The notes under the pieces are model-generated. The model was given only the letters and a program-made list of their open reading frames with translations. It was not told the origin of the DNA and searched no databases. The position numbers were made by a program, and so were the translations under genes. A stretch of 61,554 bases of DNA, from positions 1-61,554 of the forward strand of contig CALDFW010000106.1 in assembly GCA_937942165.1 (NCBI GenBank). The letters are read 5' to 3'. This DNA is from an uncultured bacterium. GTDB taxonomy: Bacteria > Latescibacterota > UBA2968 > UBA8231. This document shows positions 1-9,321 of this stretch, one piece after another; the first letter of the stretch is position 1, and each line of letters starts with the position of its first letter.

Positions 1-180
1 CTGGGATATATGGAAGTTACATCGCACCACAGGGGCGCACCCATCTCTGAAGAAGAGCTCAACGTCGTTGCCAGCTTCGCTCTTCAAGCGGCCAAAGCGA
101 TCAGCGACGCGCAGGCCCACAGTGATATAGATACTTGGAAGGGCGAAGTCGCCGCCGCTCTTAAAGACTGGGACCTATAA
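1..180 (+). CDS. C-terminal fragment of a gene truncated by the window edge (possible GAF-type sensor tail)
   Basis: Frame 1 is open from nt 1 to TAA at 178-180 (LGYMEVTSHHRGAPISEEELNVVASFALQAAKAISDAQAH...). The pattern 'short phrase + EEL..V..FA.QAA.AI..A' resembles the last strand/helix of GAF domains. It is too short for a firm call. Confidence 0.35.
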   Translation: MGYMEVTSHHRGAPISEEELNVVASFALQAAKAISDAQAHSDIDTWKGEVAAALKDWDL

Positions 181-196
181 GGCGACCAAAGAGAAG

Positions 197-2380
197 ATGG
201 CATACGAAAACCAACCAGTAGACAGTCAAGAGAAATCCTCTGGGGCGCCGACAGATGCCACAGAGGCTCCAAACGATGAACAAACTCCACCGCCTGACCG
301 ACAGTCGTTCGGAGACGAGTCCGCCGCCTGGATGGTCGTCAATATTTCTGGCGACGGCCTGCAGGCGACGCTCAAACAAATTAGCTTCGGCGGCGACGAA
401 AGCCTGACAAACAGAGACATTTCTACTGCACTTGCCGAGCAGTATGACATCAAGCACGGCCTACAGGGTGAAGTAGTTGCAGAGATCACCGAAAAAGCGA
501 AGGAAGATTTAGAAGCGACCGTTCAGGGGAATTATGTAGTGGCACAGGGAGACGCCCCTGAAGCTGGCATAGATGGGCGCATCGAGTACGATTTCTTGGG
601 CGATAACCCAGGCGAGGTCATACTCTACAAACAGATACAAGATGCCTTTGCCGAAGAAACGGTTGAAGGCGTCCTCTCAAAGAGCACTACGAGTATGCTA
701 GCCACCCCCGGCCAACAGCTAGCTCATATTGTCGCTGCCACAGCGGGCACGACCGGTCGCGACGTGTACGGCAACGTCCTAGAAAAACCAGGGAAAGAAG
801 TAACGCTCGAGGCCGGACGATACACGAGCCAGAACGACAGCACGTTTATCGCAGACCAGCTCGGCTATGTCCTTATCAACCAAAACAAGCTATCTATTAT
901 CCCTCCGGTTTGGGTTGCACCCGACAGTATGAAGGCCTACTTCATCCACTTCCCCTTACCTGAGAAACAGCCTCCCATCAGGGCAGACATCCTACAAGAT
1001 CTGCTTAAGGAACTGGGCATTCAATCGGGCTTTGTAACCAAAACGATGGACTTGATTACAAGTAAGGCTCCTCCATCAAAGCAGCCGAAGGCACGGTTAA
1101 TTGCACGCGGAACAGCGCCCGTTCATGGAAATGACGCGAATATCGATCTCGGCTTTAACCCAGAAAAAATGGCGGGAAAGGTCAACCCTGACGGCAGCAT
1201 CGACCTGCGAGAGCGAAATTCAGTTATCGCAGTTGAGGAAGGCCAACTGCTCGGAACCTTGATCCAGGCAACCCAGGGAGAAGCGGGCATAGACGTTATG
1301 GGCAACGTGCTGCCCGCGGACGATGGCGATGACTCGCTCACCTTCACACCGGGCGAAAACGTGCGCGGAGAAGGCAATCCTCCCACGCAATTTTATGCCC
1401 TGACCAGCGGCAATGTACATCTCGGCAAGGGCACTATTGAAGTGAAACAGGTCTTTGTCGTCAGCGGCGACGTAAATTACGAGATTGGCAATATAGATAC
1501 GCCGCACGATGTGCAAATAAACGGCGACGTGCTTCCAGGTTTCACAATAAAGGCTGGAGGATCCATAACGGTTGGTGGAAATATTGAAAGCAGTGCAACT
1601 CTGACGGCTCAGGGTGATATTATCGTGGCACGCGGTATCATAGGCGGTGATACCCACGTCAAAGCTGCTGGAACCATCTCACAGGGTTCCATACAAACGC
1701 AGTACGTTTTGAACGCCAGTATTGCGGCCAAAGGCGACGTAGAGATCGGCAGCTACGCTTTTAACTCTTACGTGCGCTCCAACAGATCTATTACCGTTCA
1801 TCCAGGAGGTGGCGATCGCGGCGGCAGCATAGTCGGCGGCGAGGCTATGGCTGCAGAACGCATCACCTGTCAAAACGCCGGATCCTCTACTACCGCCGGC
1901 ACACTCGTCAGCATCAACCCCAATCCCGAGGTCGCAGCCCAGATAGCTGAGATTGACAAGACGATAGAATTCTGCGATACGAATGCGATCCGCCTGCTCC
2001 GCACCCTAGGCCTCAAACGAGCCCATTCTCAGTATATAAAAACCCTGCTGCGCCAGGCTCCGGAGTCAAAGAAGAAAGTATTGAAAGAAATTGTGAAGAA
2101 ACTGTATGATCTACTCGATATGCGCGGCAAATCGAACACAGAAAAAGAAGAGCTAAAAAAAATGCTGGACGCTTCGACAGAAAGTGCGGAAATTGTCGTA
2201 ACGGGCAAAGCGTTTTCTGGCATCCGCATTGCAATAGGCGAGAGCGAAGACACGCTCAGCGCAGACCACGTCGGCTTTTCCTTCCGAATTGATCCAGATT
2301 CAGATGAAATCAAAGCCAGGCCCGTAGCCGACGTAGCAGAGGGCGAAGAAGAAGGCCAAGACAGTGAGGAACCGGAGTAG
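197..2380 (+). CDS. FapA/DUF342-family protein (flagellar-assembly-protein-A-like, beta-helix core)
   Basis: 727-aa ORF with ATG at 197. It has runs of short beta-helix-like turns (GDVNYEIGNIDTPHDVQINGDV; GGSITVGGNIESSATLTAQGDIIVARGIIGGDTHVKAAGTI; AKGDVEIGSYAFNSYVRSNRSITV). A coiled-coil segment and an acidic tail follow, as in DUF342 proteins. Confidence 0.65.
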   Translation: MAYENQPVDSQEKSSGAPTDATEAPNDEQTPPPDRQSFGDESAAWMVVNISGDGLQATLKQISFGGDESLTNRDISTALAEQYDIKHGLQGEVVAEITEKAKEDLEATVQGNYVVAQGDAPEAGIDGRIEYDFLGDNPGEVILYKQIQDAFAEETVEGVLSKSTTSMLATPGQQLAHIVAATAGTTGRDVYGNVLEKPGKEVTLEAGRYTSQNDSTFIADQLGYVLINQNKLSIIPPVWVAPDSMKAYFIHFPLPEKQPPIRADILQDLLKELGIQSGFVTKTMDLITSKAPPSKQPKARLIARGTAPVHGNDANIDLGFNPEKMAGKVNPDGSIDLRERNSVIAVEEGQLLGTLIQATQGEAGIDVMGNVLPADDGDDSLTFTPGENVRGEGNPPTQFYALTSGNVHLGKGTIEVKQVFVVSGDVNYEIGNIDTPHDVQINGDVLPGFTIKAGGSITVGGNIESSATLTAQGDIIVARGIIGGDTHVKAAGTISQGSIQTQYVLNASIAAKGDVEIGSYAFNSYVRSNRSITVHPGGGDRGGSIVGGEAMAAERITCQNAGSSTTAGTLVSINPNPEVAAQIAEIDKTIEFCDTNAIRLLRTLGLKRAHSQYIKTLLRQAPESKKKVLKEIVKKLYDLLDMRGKSNTEKEELKKMLDASTESAEIVVTGKAFSGIRIAIGESEDTLSADHVGFSFRIDPDSDEIKARPVADVAEGEEEGQDSEEPE

Positions 2381-2511
2381 TCGAATCCGTCGACTGCGGT
2401 GGCACCGCTTCAAGACCGCACAAGCGGACTTACTCTTGCTCTTTCTCTAGATAAATACAGATCCCGAGCTATTTTCTTTTTAGAAGTTTAAGAAAGCGCG
2501 GTGGATGCAAA

Positions 2512-3684
2512 GTGGAGCAAACTAATCGAATTATTTTATGCGTAGATGATGAACGGGAGATCTTAAGTGCCCTCCAGCGTTCCCTACGACAAAAAGCTGA
2601 CCGCATTCTAACTGCGACCAGCGGAGAAGAGGGGCTTGCGCTCTTAGAAGAACACGCTCCCGGCGTAATCGTATCCGATATGCGAATGCCGGGGATGAAC
2701 GGAGCAGAGTTTCTCAATCGCGTCTTAGAGTTCGCTCCCCATACCTTCCGCATTCTGCTAACGGGTCACGCCGATATGGATGCCGCGATCTCGGCAATTA
2801 ACAAGGGAGAAATTCACCGTTATCTGCACAAACCCTGGGATGCTGATGAGCTCGGACACGCCATCGAACAGGGGTTTGAACGCCACCAACTCATACAGGC
2901 AAACTTGGCGTTAACTGATTCTCTGAGCGAAAAAAATCAGGAATTAGAAGAGCTCAATATGACGCTTGAACAAAAAGTTGTTGAGCGAACAGAGCAGCTG
3001 CTGCACAGCGAACGTCTTTCGGTTCTGGGTCGGCTAGCGGCGGGCATCGTGCATGAGGTAATGACCCCGTTAACGATCTCTGTAGGATGGGTTGAAACGG
3101 TTTCAAAATCCCCCAATATAACCGAGGATCAGCAGAACTCGCTCTCTATAGCCACCGAGCAAATATTTCGGGCTGCGAGTATTATGGAGAGCATGCGAGA
3201 CTTTTCCCGAAAAAAACACCCCATAAAAACGCCCACGGATGCCAACAAACTAATTGGCCATGCGCTCGACCTGCTTATTCACCCTTTAAAGCAAAAAAAC
3301 ATATCCATATCGCGTTCATTTGAAGCTAATGAGCGTATCAACGTAGATGGAGAGCAAATAACCCAAGTGCTCCTCAACCTCATCAATAACGCAATAGATG
3401 CCTTAGACTCAGGTGGGCGCATTACGCTATCGACTCGGGTCGTCGGAACTGCACAAAGCGCCCGCTCTGTGCAAGTTACGGTTAAGGACAACGGATCGGG
3501 TATAGCTCCCGACCTAGTGCAGCAGATATTTGAACCCTTCTTTTCGACCAAAGGCAGCAAAGGCACGGGCTTGGGTCTATCCATCTGCAAGGGTATCATC
3601 GATAATCACGGAGGCTCGATCGACTTGGAGAGTCGACTGGGACAGGGCACAACGTTTACGTTAACACTGCCAGTCGAATCCTAG
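2512..3684 (+). CDS. Hybrid response-regulator receiver / histidine kinase (REC-HisKA-HATPase)
   Basis: GTG start at 2512. The receiver is intact (CVDDE, VSDMRMPGMNG, LLTGHAD, LHKPW). A coiled-coil linker follows, then the H-box GIVHEVMTPL, N-box LLNLINNAIDA, and G-boxes VKDNGSGI / GTGLGLSI. Confidence 0.88.
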   Translation: MEQTNRIILCVDDEREILSALQRSLRQKADRILTATSGEEGLALLEEHAPGVIVSDMRMPGMNGAEFLNRVLEFAPHTFRILLTGHADMDAAISAINKGEIHRYLHKPWDADELGHAIEQGFERHQLIQANLALTDSLSEKNQELEELNMTLEQKVVERTEQLLHSERLSVLGRLAAGIVHEVMTPLTISVGWVETVSKSPNITEDQQNSLSIATEQIFRAASIMESMRDFSRKKHPIKTPTDANKLIGHALDLLIHPLKQKNISISRSFEANERINVDGEQITQVLLNLINNAIDALDSGGRITLSTRVVGTAQSARSVQVTVKDNGSGIAPDLVQQIFEPFFSTKGSKGTGLGLSICKGIIDNHGGSIDLESRLGQGTTFTLTLPVES

Positions 3685-3720
3685 CGGCTCACTCATCGCG
3701 TTTGATCTGCAGTACATAAA

Positions 3721-3760
3721 AGAGGCCCCCCCTGATAAGAATCAGGGGGGGCCTCTTTTT
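3721..3760. terminator. Bidirectional intrinsic terminator between convergent genes
   Basis: Perfect 16-bp GC-rich stem: agaggccccccctgat (3721-3736), loop aaga, atcagggggggcctct (3741-3756). It is flanked by AAAA upstream and TTTTT downstream, so it gives a U-tract on both strands. It sits between the kinase stop (3684) and the oxidoreductase stop (3778). Confidence 0.85.
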
Positions 3761-3777
3761 AGATCACACCTAGGGGC

Positions 3778-4833
3778 TCAGTCGAACCGAATCTCTCCCC
3801 CACTCTGCTGGCTTCTATAGATACCATCCAAGATCTTGAGCACCTGAAGCGATTGCTCTGCAGGAACGGGTGACGGCTGCCCCTCAGCCAAGGCCTGGGC
3901 AAACTCAACGCATTCCTGTGCATGGGCCTCAAGACCATCGTACATCAGCTTGAGCTGGCGGTTGTATTGCTGACGCGTCTCGTAGTTGCTCTCGTATAAC
4001 TCGCACTTAGGCCAGTGGGCTCCAGCACCTGTTCCATAGAGCCACATCTGCATATCTTCACCCTGCGTATCGTGGTGAAGCAACCAGCTGACTTCAATAA
4101 CCAGCGTCGCACCGTTATCAAAGCGAACAAATGCCGCAGCAAAATCTTCAACGTCAAACTGGGGCGGAATGGCATTCCGACCCCACTGACTGAATGCCCC
4201 TTCGCGATGAGCCAGTTCCGCACGCGCCACGCCCGTGACGGCCACGGGTTCGGGATTGCCCATAAACCACAGCGTCAGGTCGAGAATATGAACACCTATG
4301 TCAATGCAGGGTCCACCGCCACTGTGCTCTTTAAGAATAAAGCCGCCGCCCGTCGGCGCGGCCGCCCGGCGCAGCATCCAACTTCTAGCATGGTAAATAT
4401 CTCCAAGTGCTCCGGTGTCAATCTCCGCTTTCATGGCCTTAGATGAACCTTGGAAACGAAAGTGCTGTGCCGTCATGAGCATCTTACCCGACCTATCCCG
4501 CGCTTCAATCATACGGTGGATTTCATCGGGCGTAGGCGCGAGCGGCTTCTCACATATGACGTGCTTGCCGGCCTCTAGGGCCGCGATGCTCAGCGGCGCA
4601 TGATACGTGCTAGGCGTGCAAACGTCGATCACATCGATATCGCTGTCACTAAAGAGCGCTTCGGGGTCGGTGTGTAATTTCTTTACGTCGTGTTCTTGGC
4701 CCCAGCGGTTTAACGCTTCTTGACTAACATCGCTTCCAGCCACGACCTCTGCGTGTTCAGAAGCCGCCCAACCGGGCATATGCGTGCGCGCAATGCCTCC
4801 TACACCTACTACGCCTACTCGTAATTTGCTCAT
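3778..4833 (-). CDS. Gfo/Idh/MocA-family NAD(P)-dependent oxidoreductase
   Basis: 351 aa. N-terminal Rossmann motif LRVGVVGVGGIARTHMPGW and the family EKP motif (VICEKPLAPT). It lies 75 nt downstream of batE on the same strand. Confidence 0.85.
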   Translation of the reverse strand: MSKLRVGVVGVGGIARTHMPGWAASEHAEVVAGSDVSQEALNRWGQEHDVKKLHTDPEALFSDSDIDVIDVCTPSTYHAPLSIAALEAGKHVICEKPLAPTPDEIHRMIEARDRSGKMLMTAQHFRFQGSSKAMKAEIDTGALGDIYHARSWMLRRAAAPTGGGFILKEHSGGGPCIDIGVHILDLTLWFMGNPEPVAVTGVARAELAHREGAFSQWGRNAIPPQFDVEDFAAAFVRFDNGATLVIEVSWLLHHDTQGEDMQMWLYGTGAGAHWPKCELYESNYETRQQYNRQLKLMYDGLEAHAQECVEFAQALAEGQPSPVPAEQSLQVLKILDGIYRSQQSGGEIRFD

Positions 4834-4908
4834 AATCCATCCTGTTGTAAGAGTGAAGACCTTTATCAGATTTCAAAGATCGCATAAGATCAGACGGGCT
4901 GCAAGAAA

Positions 4909-5658
4909 TCAGATAGGCTCGATCTGATCGACGCGAACCCATCCACCCAACCCATTTTGCAACCGCACAAGTGACCAGTCTCCCTCACTGCGCACTACGC
5001 GTACTTTCGTGCCTTCGTGCATTATAAACACTTCCGTTTGATCGACGTCAGGGCCACTGCGGGCAGTAACGACTTCGGCCAGTGCGATGGCAGACACCTC
5101 ACTTGCCTGATGGTAAAGACGAAACGAAAGCCAGCCTATTCCTCCAACCGTTAACAGGGCACAAATAGACAGCGATACCAGCCAGACGACCTGCGTGCTG
5201 CGACCCCATACCCGCCAACCCAATAGGCCGAGCAATCCCATCCAGCCCAGAGCAAAAAAGAGCGACAACTCGCTCAGGGTGGGGTAGAAAAAGGCCTTTG
5301 TTAAAAAGAGACTCACCGCATTGCCATTAGCAGGGGGATCGCGATCCTTCTTCACCTGATGAGCAAAGCGCAGATTCGCGACGATGTCCTCATCACGGGG
5401 GCTGAGTTTATAGGCTCGTTCATACCATAAAATAGCCTCACCTAAACGACCGGATTTAAAGTTTGCGTTGGCCAAGTTATAGAAAAGACGTGCGTCTTGC
5501 ACGCCGCTTTCCACTACTTGCAAATAGGCACGACGTGCACTATCAAAGTCACCGCTGCGATACCGGCCATTGGCTTCATTAAACAGCCCAACGGAAGCAG
5601 ACTGCGCCCCAGCGTCAAAAGCAACGAGCACAAGCGCTAGGATCAGAGCTCGTATCAT
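4909..5658 (-). CDS. batE: BatE-like TPR / membrane / SH3 protein
   Basis: 249 aa: signal peptide, TPR repeats (ARLFYNLANANFKSGRLGEAILWYERAYKLSP), several TM helices, and a C-terminal SH3-like segment (GTKVRVVRSEGDWSLVRLQNGLGGWVRVDQI). Its ATG overlaps the batD stop as ATGA (5655-5658). Confidence 0.65.
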   Translation of the reverse strand: MIRALILALVLVAFDAGAQSASVGLFNEANGRYRSGDFDSARRAYLQVVESGVQDARLFYNLANANFKSGRLGEAILWYERAYKLSPRDEDIVANLRFAHQVKKDRDPPANGNAVSLFLTKAFFYPTLSELSLFFALGWMGLLGLLGWRVWGRSTQVVWLVSLSICALLTVGGIGWLSFRLYHQASEVSAIALAEVVTARSGPDVDQTEVFIMHEGTKVRVVRSEGDWSLVRLQNGLGGWVRVDQIEPI

Positions 5659-7442
5659 ATCTTCTTTTCCAACAGTGTGATGAGATCTTCCGCCTCTTGG
5701 CGAATTTTGTTCATGTCCGAGCGCTCTCCCACCCCTTGAGCAAAACGCGCATAGTCACAGCGAATTAACCACTCGCGCAGCGACTGAATAGTCTCTTCTT
5801 CTAAGCCCTTTTCTCTCAGGGCGTGCTCGCAGGCATCCGGCGAGAGACTCGCGGCTGTTATGTTTAAATGATCAGCGAGAAATGCCAATACCGCGCGATG
5901 TATTTCGCCGTAGAAAGCGCCCGCTTCCCCTTCTTCTAATAGATGACTGGCTCGCTCCAGCCGCTTACCGGCTTCTCCCCGTGCACGGCGACGACGCGCA
6001 TAGGCAATATCACCCCGCAGGCGATCGCGATGACGCTGCAGTAGAATCAATCCTAGCAAGGCAAAGGGGACCGACGCCTGGACAGACCAAAATAGGCCGC
6101 TATCGTACAGCGTAAAAGTTTCGCCCAGCGTTTCTACATCGGGCTTTATATACCTTATATCGCTTCCAACAGCCTCTATGTCTTTACGACTTAAACCGTA
6201 CCCTCCCGACTCTTCCGCGGCAACCTCACCAGCGCTGTGCACAAATATGGGAGCCGATTGGAGTGTGACATATTCCTCTGCTACGGGATTAAAATAGGCA
6301 AACTGAACGGGTGGAATTTCTAAAATTCCACCCGTTTCAGGTATGAGAATGTATTCGTACGTGCGACGCCCGCCGTATTGGTCATTCTCTATCTTTTCTT
6401 CCTCTTCCAGAGTGGGATCGTACATTTTGATCCCCTCTCCGACCTCGATAAGCGGTGTTCCCACTGCGGATAGATTGCCAATGCCCGAGATCTCGACTCG
6501 CAGCGTGACCGGATCGCCGGCCTTTACGTGCGTAGGCTGAGCTCGGGCCTCTAGCTTAAACTCTCCCACTGCGCCGGAGAACGCTTTTGGCTGCCCTGCC
6601 TCAGGTAGAGGCAACACCTGTATTTCTATCGGTTCACTCTGTAGGAGAGCGCTCTGCGTGCGACCAAAAAAAGGATCGGAAGCAAAGAAGTCATCTAACA
6701 TGCTGCGACGCTGCGAACGACGGGCTGGAATCTCACATGACACGGCCATGGACTCGACGACGTGCGCACCGGATTTGGTCGGAAAGAGAGCGACGCGGCG
6801 AAGTGGGGCTACGTTGAACGTAATTCCGTTAATGACTTCTCTACTCGCCTGCAGCTGCTGGGCGACGAAAAGCTCTTCTATCCAGAATCCAGCAAACGAA
6901 GGAATCTCTTTAAAGCCTACGTTGTGCAGTTGAAAACGGTAGAATAGGTCAAAATTAACCGTTACCTGCTGTCCAACATAGACCCGTTGGAGATCGGATC
7001 GAGCCCGCACATAGAGGTGGTCTTCTACGTTAAATCCCCCTCCACGAGTCCGCCCTGATCGCTGTCCCGCACGCAAGACCTCAATATCGATAGGTCGTGT
7101 GCGATAGGTCTTTCCATCAATCTCAATGCTGGCCGAGCTGATACGTATCCGTCCCTGCCTTTTCGCATAGAGACGATAGGTCAACTCGCGCGTATAGCTG
7201 GTAGTAAAATTTACCATTTCAATTCGCGAGCTCACGCTGGGTCCTTCCACGTGAAAGTCTCCCAGTGCGAGCGTAGGGGCAGCCATATGCTGCAGATTTT
7301 CGTCTGAGACAATACGCAAGGTCAGTAGCAGAGCATCCGACTGCGCTACCCGCGTTCGGTCTACGCTCGCCTCAAATTCGACCTGGACGGCTTCAAGCGA
7401 CGAAACAAATAAGAATAAAGCTGTAATAATGCGCGCACTCAT
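5655..7442 (-). CDS. batD: BatD-like (oxygen-tolerance family) membrane protein
   Basis: I prefer the ATG at 7442 (MSARIITALFLFVSSLEA, a signal-peptide-like start). The ORF-track start at 7502 would overlap batC by 56 nt. The protein has a large beta-rich periplasmic part, a TM helix, then an Arg-rich and helical cytoplasmic tail. It sits after batC in a Bat-type gene order. Confidence 0.7.
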   Translation of the reverse strand: MSARIITALFLFVSSLEAVQVEFEASVDRTRVAQSDALLLTLRIVSDENLQHMAAPTLALGDFHVEGPSVSSRIEMVNFTTSYTRELTYRLYAKRQGRIRISSASIEIDGKTYRTRPIDIEVLRAGQRSGRTRGGGFNVEDHLYVRARSDLQRVYVGQQVTVNFDLFYRFQLHNVGFKEIPSFAGFWIEELFVAQQLQASREVINGITFNVAPLRRVALFPTKSGAHVVESMAVSCEIPARRSQRRSMLDDFFASDPFFGRTQSALLQSEPIEIQVLPLPEAGQPKAFSGAVGEFKLEARAQPTHVKAGDPVTLRVEISGIGNLSAVGTPLIEVGEGIKMYDPTLEEEEKIENDQYGGRRTYEYILIPETGGILEIPPVQFAYFNPVAEEYVTLQSAPIFVHSAGEVAAEESGGYGLSRKDIEAVGSDIRYIKPDVETLGETFTLYDSGLFWSVQASVPFALLGLILLQRHRDRLRGDIAYARRRRARGEAGKRLERASHLLEEGEAGAFYGEIHRAVLAFLADHLNITAASLSPDACEHALREKGLEEETIQSLREWLIRCDYARFAQGVGERSDMNKIRQEAEDLITLLEKKI

Positions 7443-7446
7443 AGAT

Positions 7447-8286
7447 TTACCAATCCTTTCCACGACTGGCGCCCGTAGCTCGATACCGACGCTTCTGCGC
7501 ATCTATTTCGCGATTCTTTAGCGCTTCTAACAGCTGTTCTGCCTCTTTCTGACCAATCTGCTCTTCGCTCTGCTCTGGCTTCCCCTCTTCTCCGCTGCCA
7601 TCGTCGGGCTGCGACGACTCCTGTTCTTGCGGTTCGTCATTCTCCGGTTCTTGTTCACCTGGCTCCTGCTCCCCTGCCCCATCTTGCTCCTGCTGCTCTT
7701 CCCCATCCTGCTGTTGCTGTTCTTCCCCATCCTGCTGCTGCTGTTCTTCCCCACCCTGCTGCTGCTGTTCTTCCCCACCCTGCTGGTTTTGTTCCTGATT
7801 CTGCTCGTCTTGATCTTGGCTCTGCTCTTGCTGCTGTTCTTGCTGCTGCTGTTCTTCCAATTTTTGTAGCGCTAGCTCCAAGTTAGCTTTGGTATCCCGG
7901 TCGTTCGAGTTCCGTTCCAATGCCTGCCGATAGGAGGCAATCGCCTGTTCGTATTGCTGCTGCTGGAACCACGCATTTCCCATGTTATAGTGGGCAGATG
8001 CACCCAATATGCCCTCGGCCTGTTCTGCAGCTCGACTCAACTCCTGCAGCGCAGCCTCTAAGTCTCCCTGTTTAAACAACGAGCTACCAACGTTAAAATT
8101 GAGCGCGGGTTCGTCGGGCCGCTCGAGCTGCGCATCGCGGTATAGTTGAAGTGCCTGATCAAACGCTCCCTCCTCAAATAGACGGAGAGCTTCCGCACTC
8201 TTTGAAGCGACGGGATCTCCCACGGTAGCTCCGGTTAGGAGGATCCAAGCCACGGGCAACCCCCAAAAAGCGGCGAAGGGAATCAT
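7447..8286 (-). CDS. batC: BatC-like TPR protein with long Gln/Glu-rich acidic tail
   Basis: TPR repeats (ALNFNVGSSLFKQGDLEAALQEL; AHYNMGNAWFQQQQYEQAIASYRQALE). I prefer the ATG at 8286, which overlaps the batB stop as ATGA (8283-8286); the ORF-track start at 8304 is a GTG. The C-terminal ~130 aa are low-complexity E/Q/D. Confidence 0.6.
   Translation of the reverse strand: MIPFAAFWGLPVAWILLTGATVGDPVASKSAEALRLFEEGAFDQALQLYRDAQLERPDEPALNFNVGSSLFKQGDLEAALQELSRAAEQAEGILGASAHYNMGNAWFQQQQYEQAIASYRQALERNSNDRDTKANLELALQKLEEQQQQEQQQEQSQDQDEQNQEQNQQGGEEQQQQGGEEQQQQDGEEQQQQDGEEQQEQDGAGEQEPGEQEPENDEPQEQESSQPDDGSGEEGKPEQSEEQIGQKEAEQLLEALKNREIDAQKRRYRATGASRGKDW
7677..7796. repeat. Five tandem copies of a 24-bp unit inside batC
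   Basis: Plus-strand units: ccccatcttgctcctgctgctctt, ccccatcctgctgttgctgttctt, ccccatcctgctgctgctgttctt, ccccaccctgctgctgctgttctt, ccccaccctgctggttttgttcct. On the minus strand they encode (G/D)GEEQQQQ repeats. Confidence 0.9.
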
Positions 8287-9308
8287 TCGAAACGCCCTTT
8301 CCACTCGACGTTTCGAGCGCGTTTATCCCCGAGAAAGGCTTCGATAAAAAAGCAGCACAGCGCTATAAACAGAGGAAATTGAAAGCGTTCTTCATATTGC
8401 GTGAAACGCGTTGAGGAAAATTCTTTCTGGTCCATTTGGGCGATCTGCTCACTTATTTCGACGAGTTCTTGTCCACCCAGAGAAGATCGAAAATAGTCGC
8501 CGTTTGTCGACAGAGCGATCTCCTTGAGCGTGGTCTCGTCAAGACGGGTTTTTACGTAATTTCCCCGCTGGTCCTTATGATAGCTCGTTCCTCCCCCTTG
8601 CTGCATTTCTGGAATTAGCTCACCGCCTGAAGTCCCGAGCCCAATTGCAAAAACGTGAACGCCTTGCTCAGCGGCATCCCGCGCCGCAGCAAGTGGTTCA
8701 CTAATGTGATCTTCGCCATCGGTAAACAGAACTACAACCTTGTGCTGTTCGTCTTCCGCATCAAAACTTCGGGTGGCCAACCTCAGAGCATCGCCAATGG
8801 CCGTGCCTTGCACGGGAATCATTCCAGCATCGAGCACGTCGAGAAACATGTCGACGGCTCCGTAGTCTAGCGTTAGTGGACACTGGACAAACGCTTGGCC
8901 AGCAAATACGACGAGACCAACGCGATCGCCCTGCAAGAGATCGATCAATTCGCGTATTTGCTGTTTTGCTCTAGCCAATCGACTCGGTTTGAGGTCTTCT
9001 GCAAGCATGCTACGCGACACATCAAGCACTAAAACAACGTCAACTCCTTTGCGCTGCGCCATCTCCAGCTTTGCGCCAAATTGGGGACCACAGAGAGCCA
9101 ATAAAGCCCAAGTAGTTCCCATACCCAAAAAAACGTACTTGCCAAACTGGCGCCGTCGACTCAAGTCACGAGTCAGCTTTTCTGCAAGCGGCAAGCGCAC
9201 AAAGCGCAGCAGAGCTTTGCGGCGTGCCAACGTGGCCCAAGCAAAGAATACGCAGAGGAGAGGGATCAGCAGAAGAAACCAGAATGTCTCAGGTGAAGAA
9301 AAACGCAT
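8283..9308 (-). CDS. batB: BatB-like von Willebrand factor A (VWA) membrane protein
   Basis: 341 aa. Two N-terminal TM helices, then a VWA domain with the MIDAS motif (VVLVLDVSRSM ... VVVLFTDGED), and a C-terminal TM helix. Confidence 0.8.
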   Translation of the reverse strand: MRFSSPETFWFLLLIPLLCVFFAWATLARRKALLRFVRLPLAEKLTRDLSRRRQFGKYVFLGMGTTWALLALCGPQFGAKLEMAQRKGVDVVLVLDVSRSMLAEDLKPSRLARAKQQIRELIDLLQGDRVGLVVFAGQAFVQCPLTLDYGAVDMFLDVLDAGMIPVQGTAIGDALRLATRSFDAEDEQHKVVVLFTDGEDHISEPLAAARDAAEQGVHVFAIGLGTSGGELIPEMQQGGGTSYHKDQRGNYVKTRLDETTLKEIALSTNGDYFRSSLGGQELVEISEQIAQMDQKEFSSTRFTQYEERFQFPLFIALCCFFIEAFLGDKRARNVEWKGRFE

Positions 9309-9321
9309 TCTATATATGCTC

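Noticed and set aside
2389-2440. Short GC palindromes (gcggtg-g-caccgc; ccgc-acaa-gcgg) after the FapA gene as a terminator
   Set aside because: With realistic loops the stems are only 4 bp, and no T-tract follows. The FapA gene and the kinase gene may simply be co-transcribed.
7443-7502. ORF-track N-terminal extensions: batD to 7502, TPR lipoprotein to 20380, rlmD to 32803, batC GTG at 8304, rplD TTG at 45364
   Set aside because: The extensions overlap the upstream gene or precede an obvious signal peptide or domain start. Internal ATGs with ATGA/TGATG coupling, or a clean signal peptide, are more plausible starts. Experimental confirmation is still needed.
7627-7869. 80-aa plus-strand ORF encoding an extreme poly-Leu/Phe peptide (…LLLLFPILLLLFFPILLLLFFPTLLLLFF…)
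   Set aside because: It is the antisense reading of the CAG/GAA-rich 24-bp repeats inside batC. It has no independent start context and its composition is a mirror artefact of the E/Q tail.
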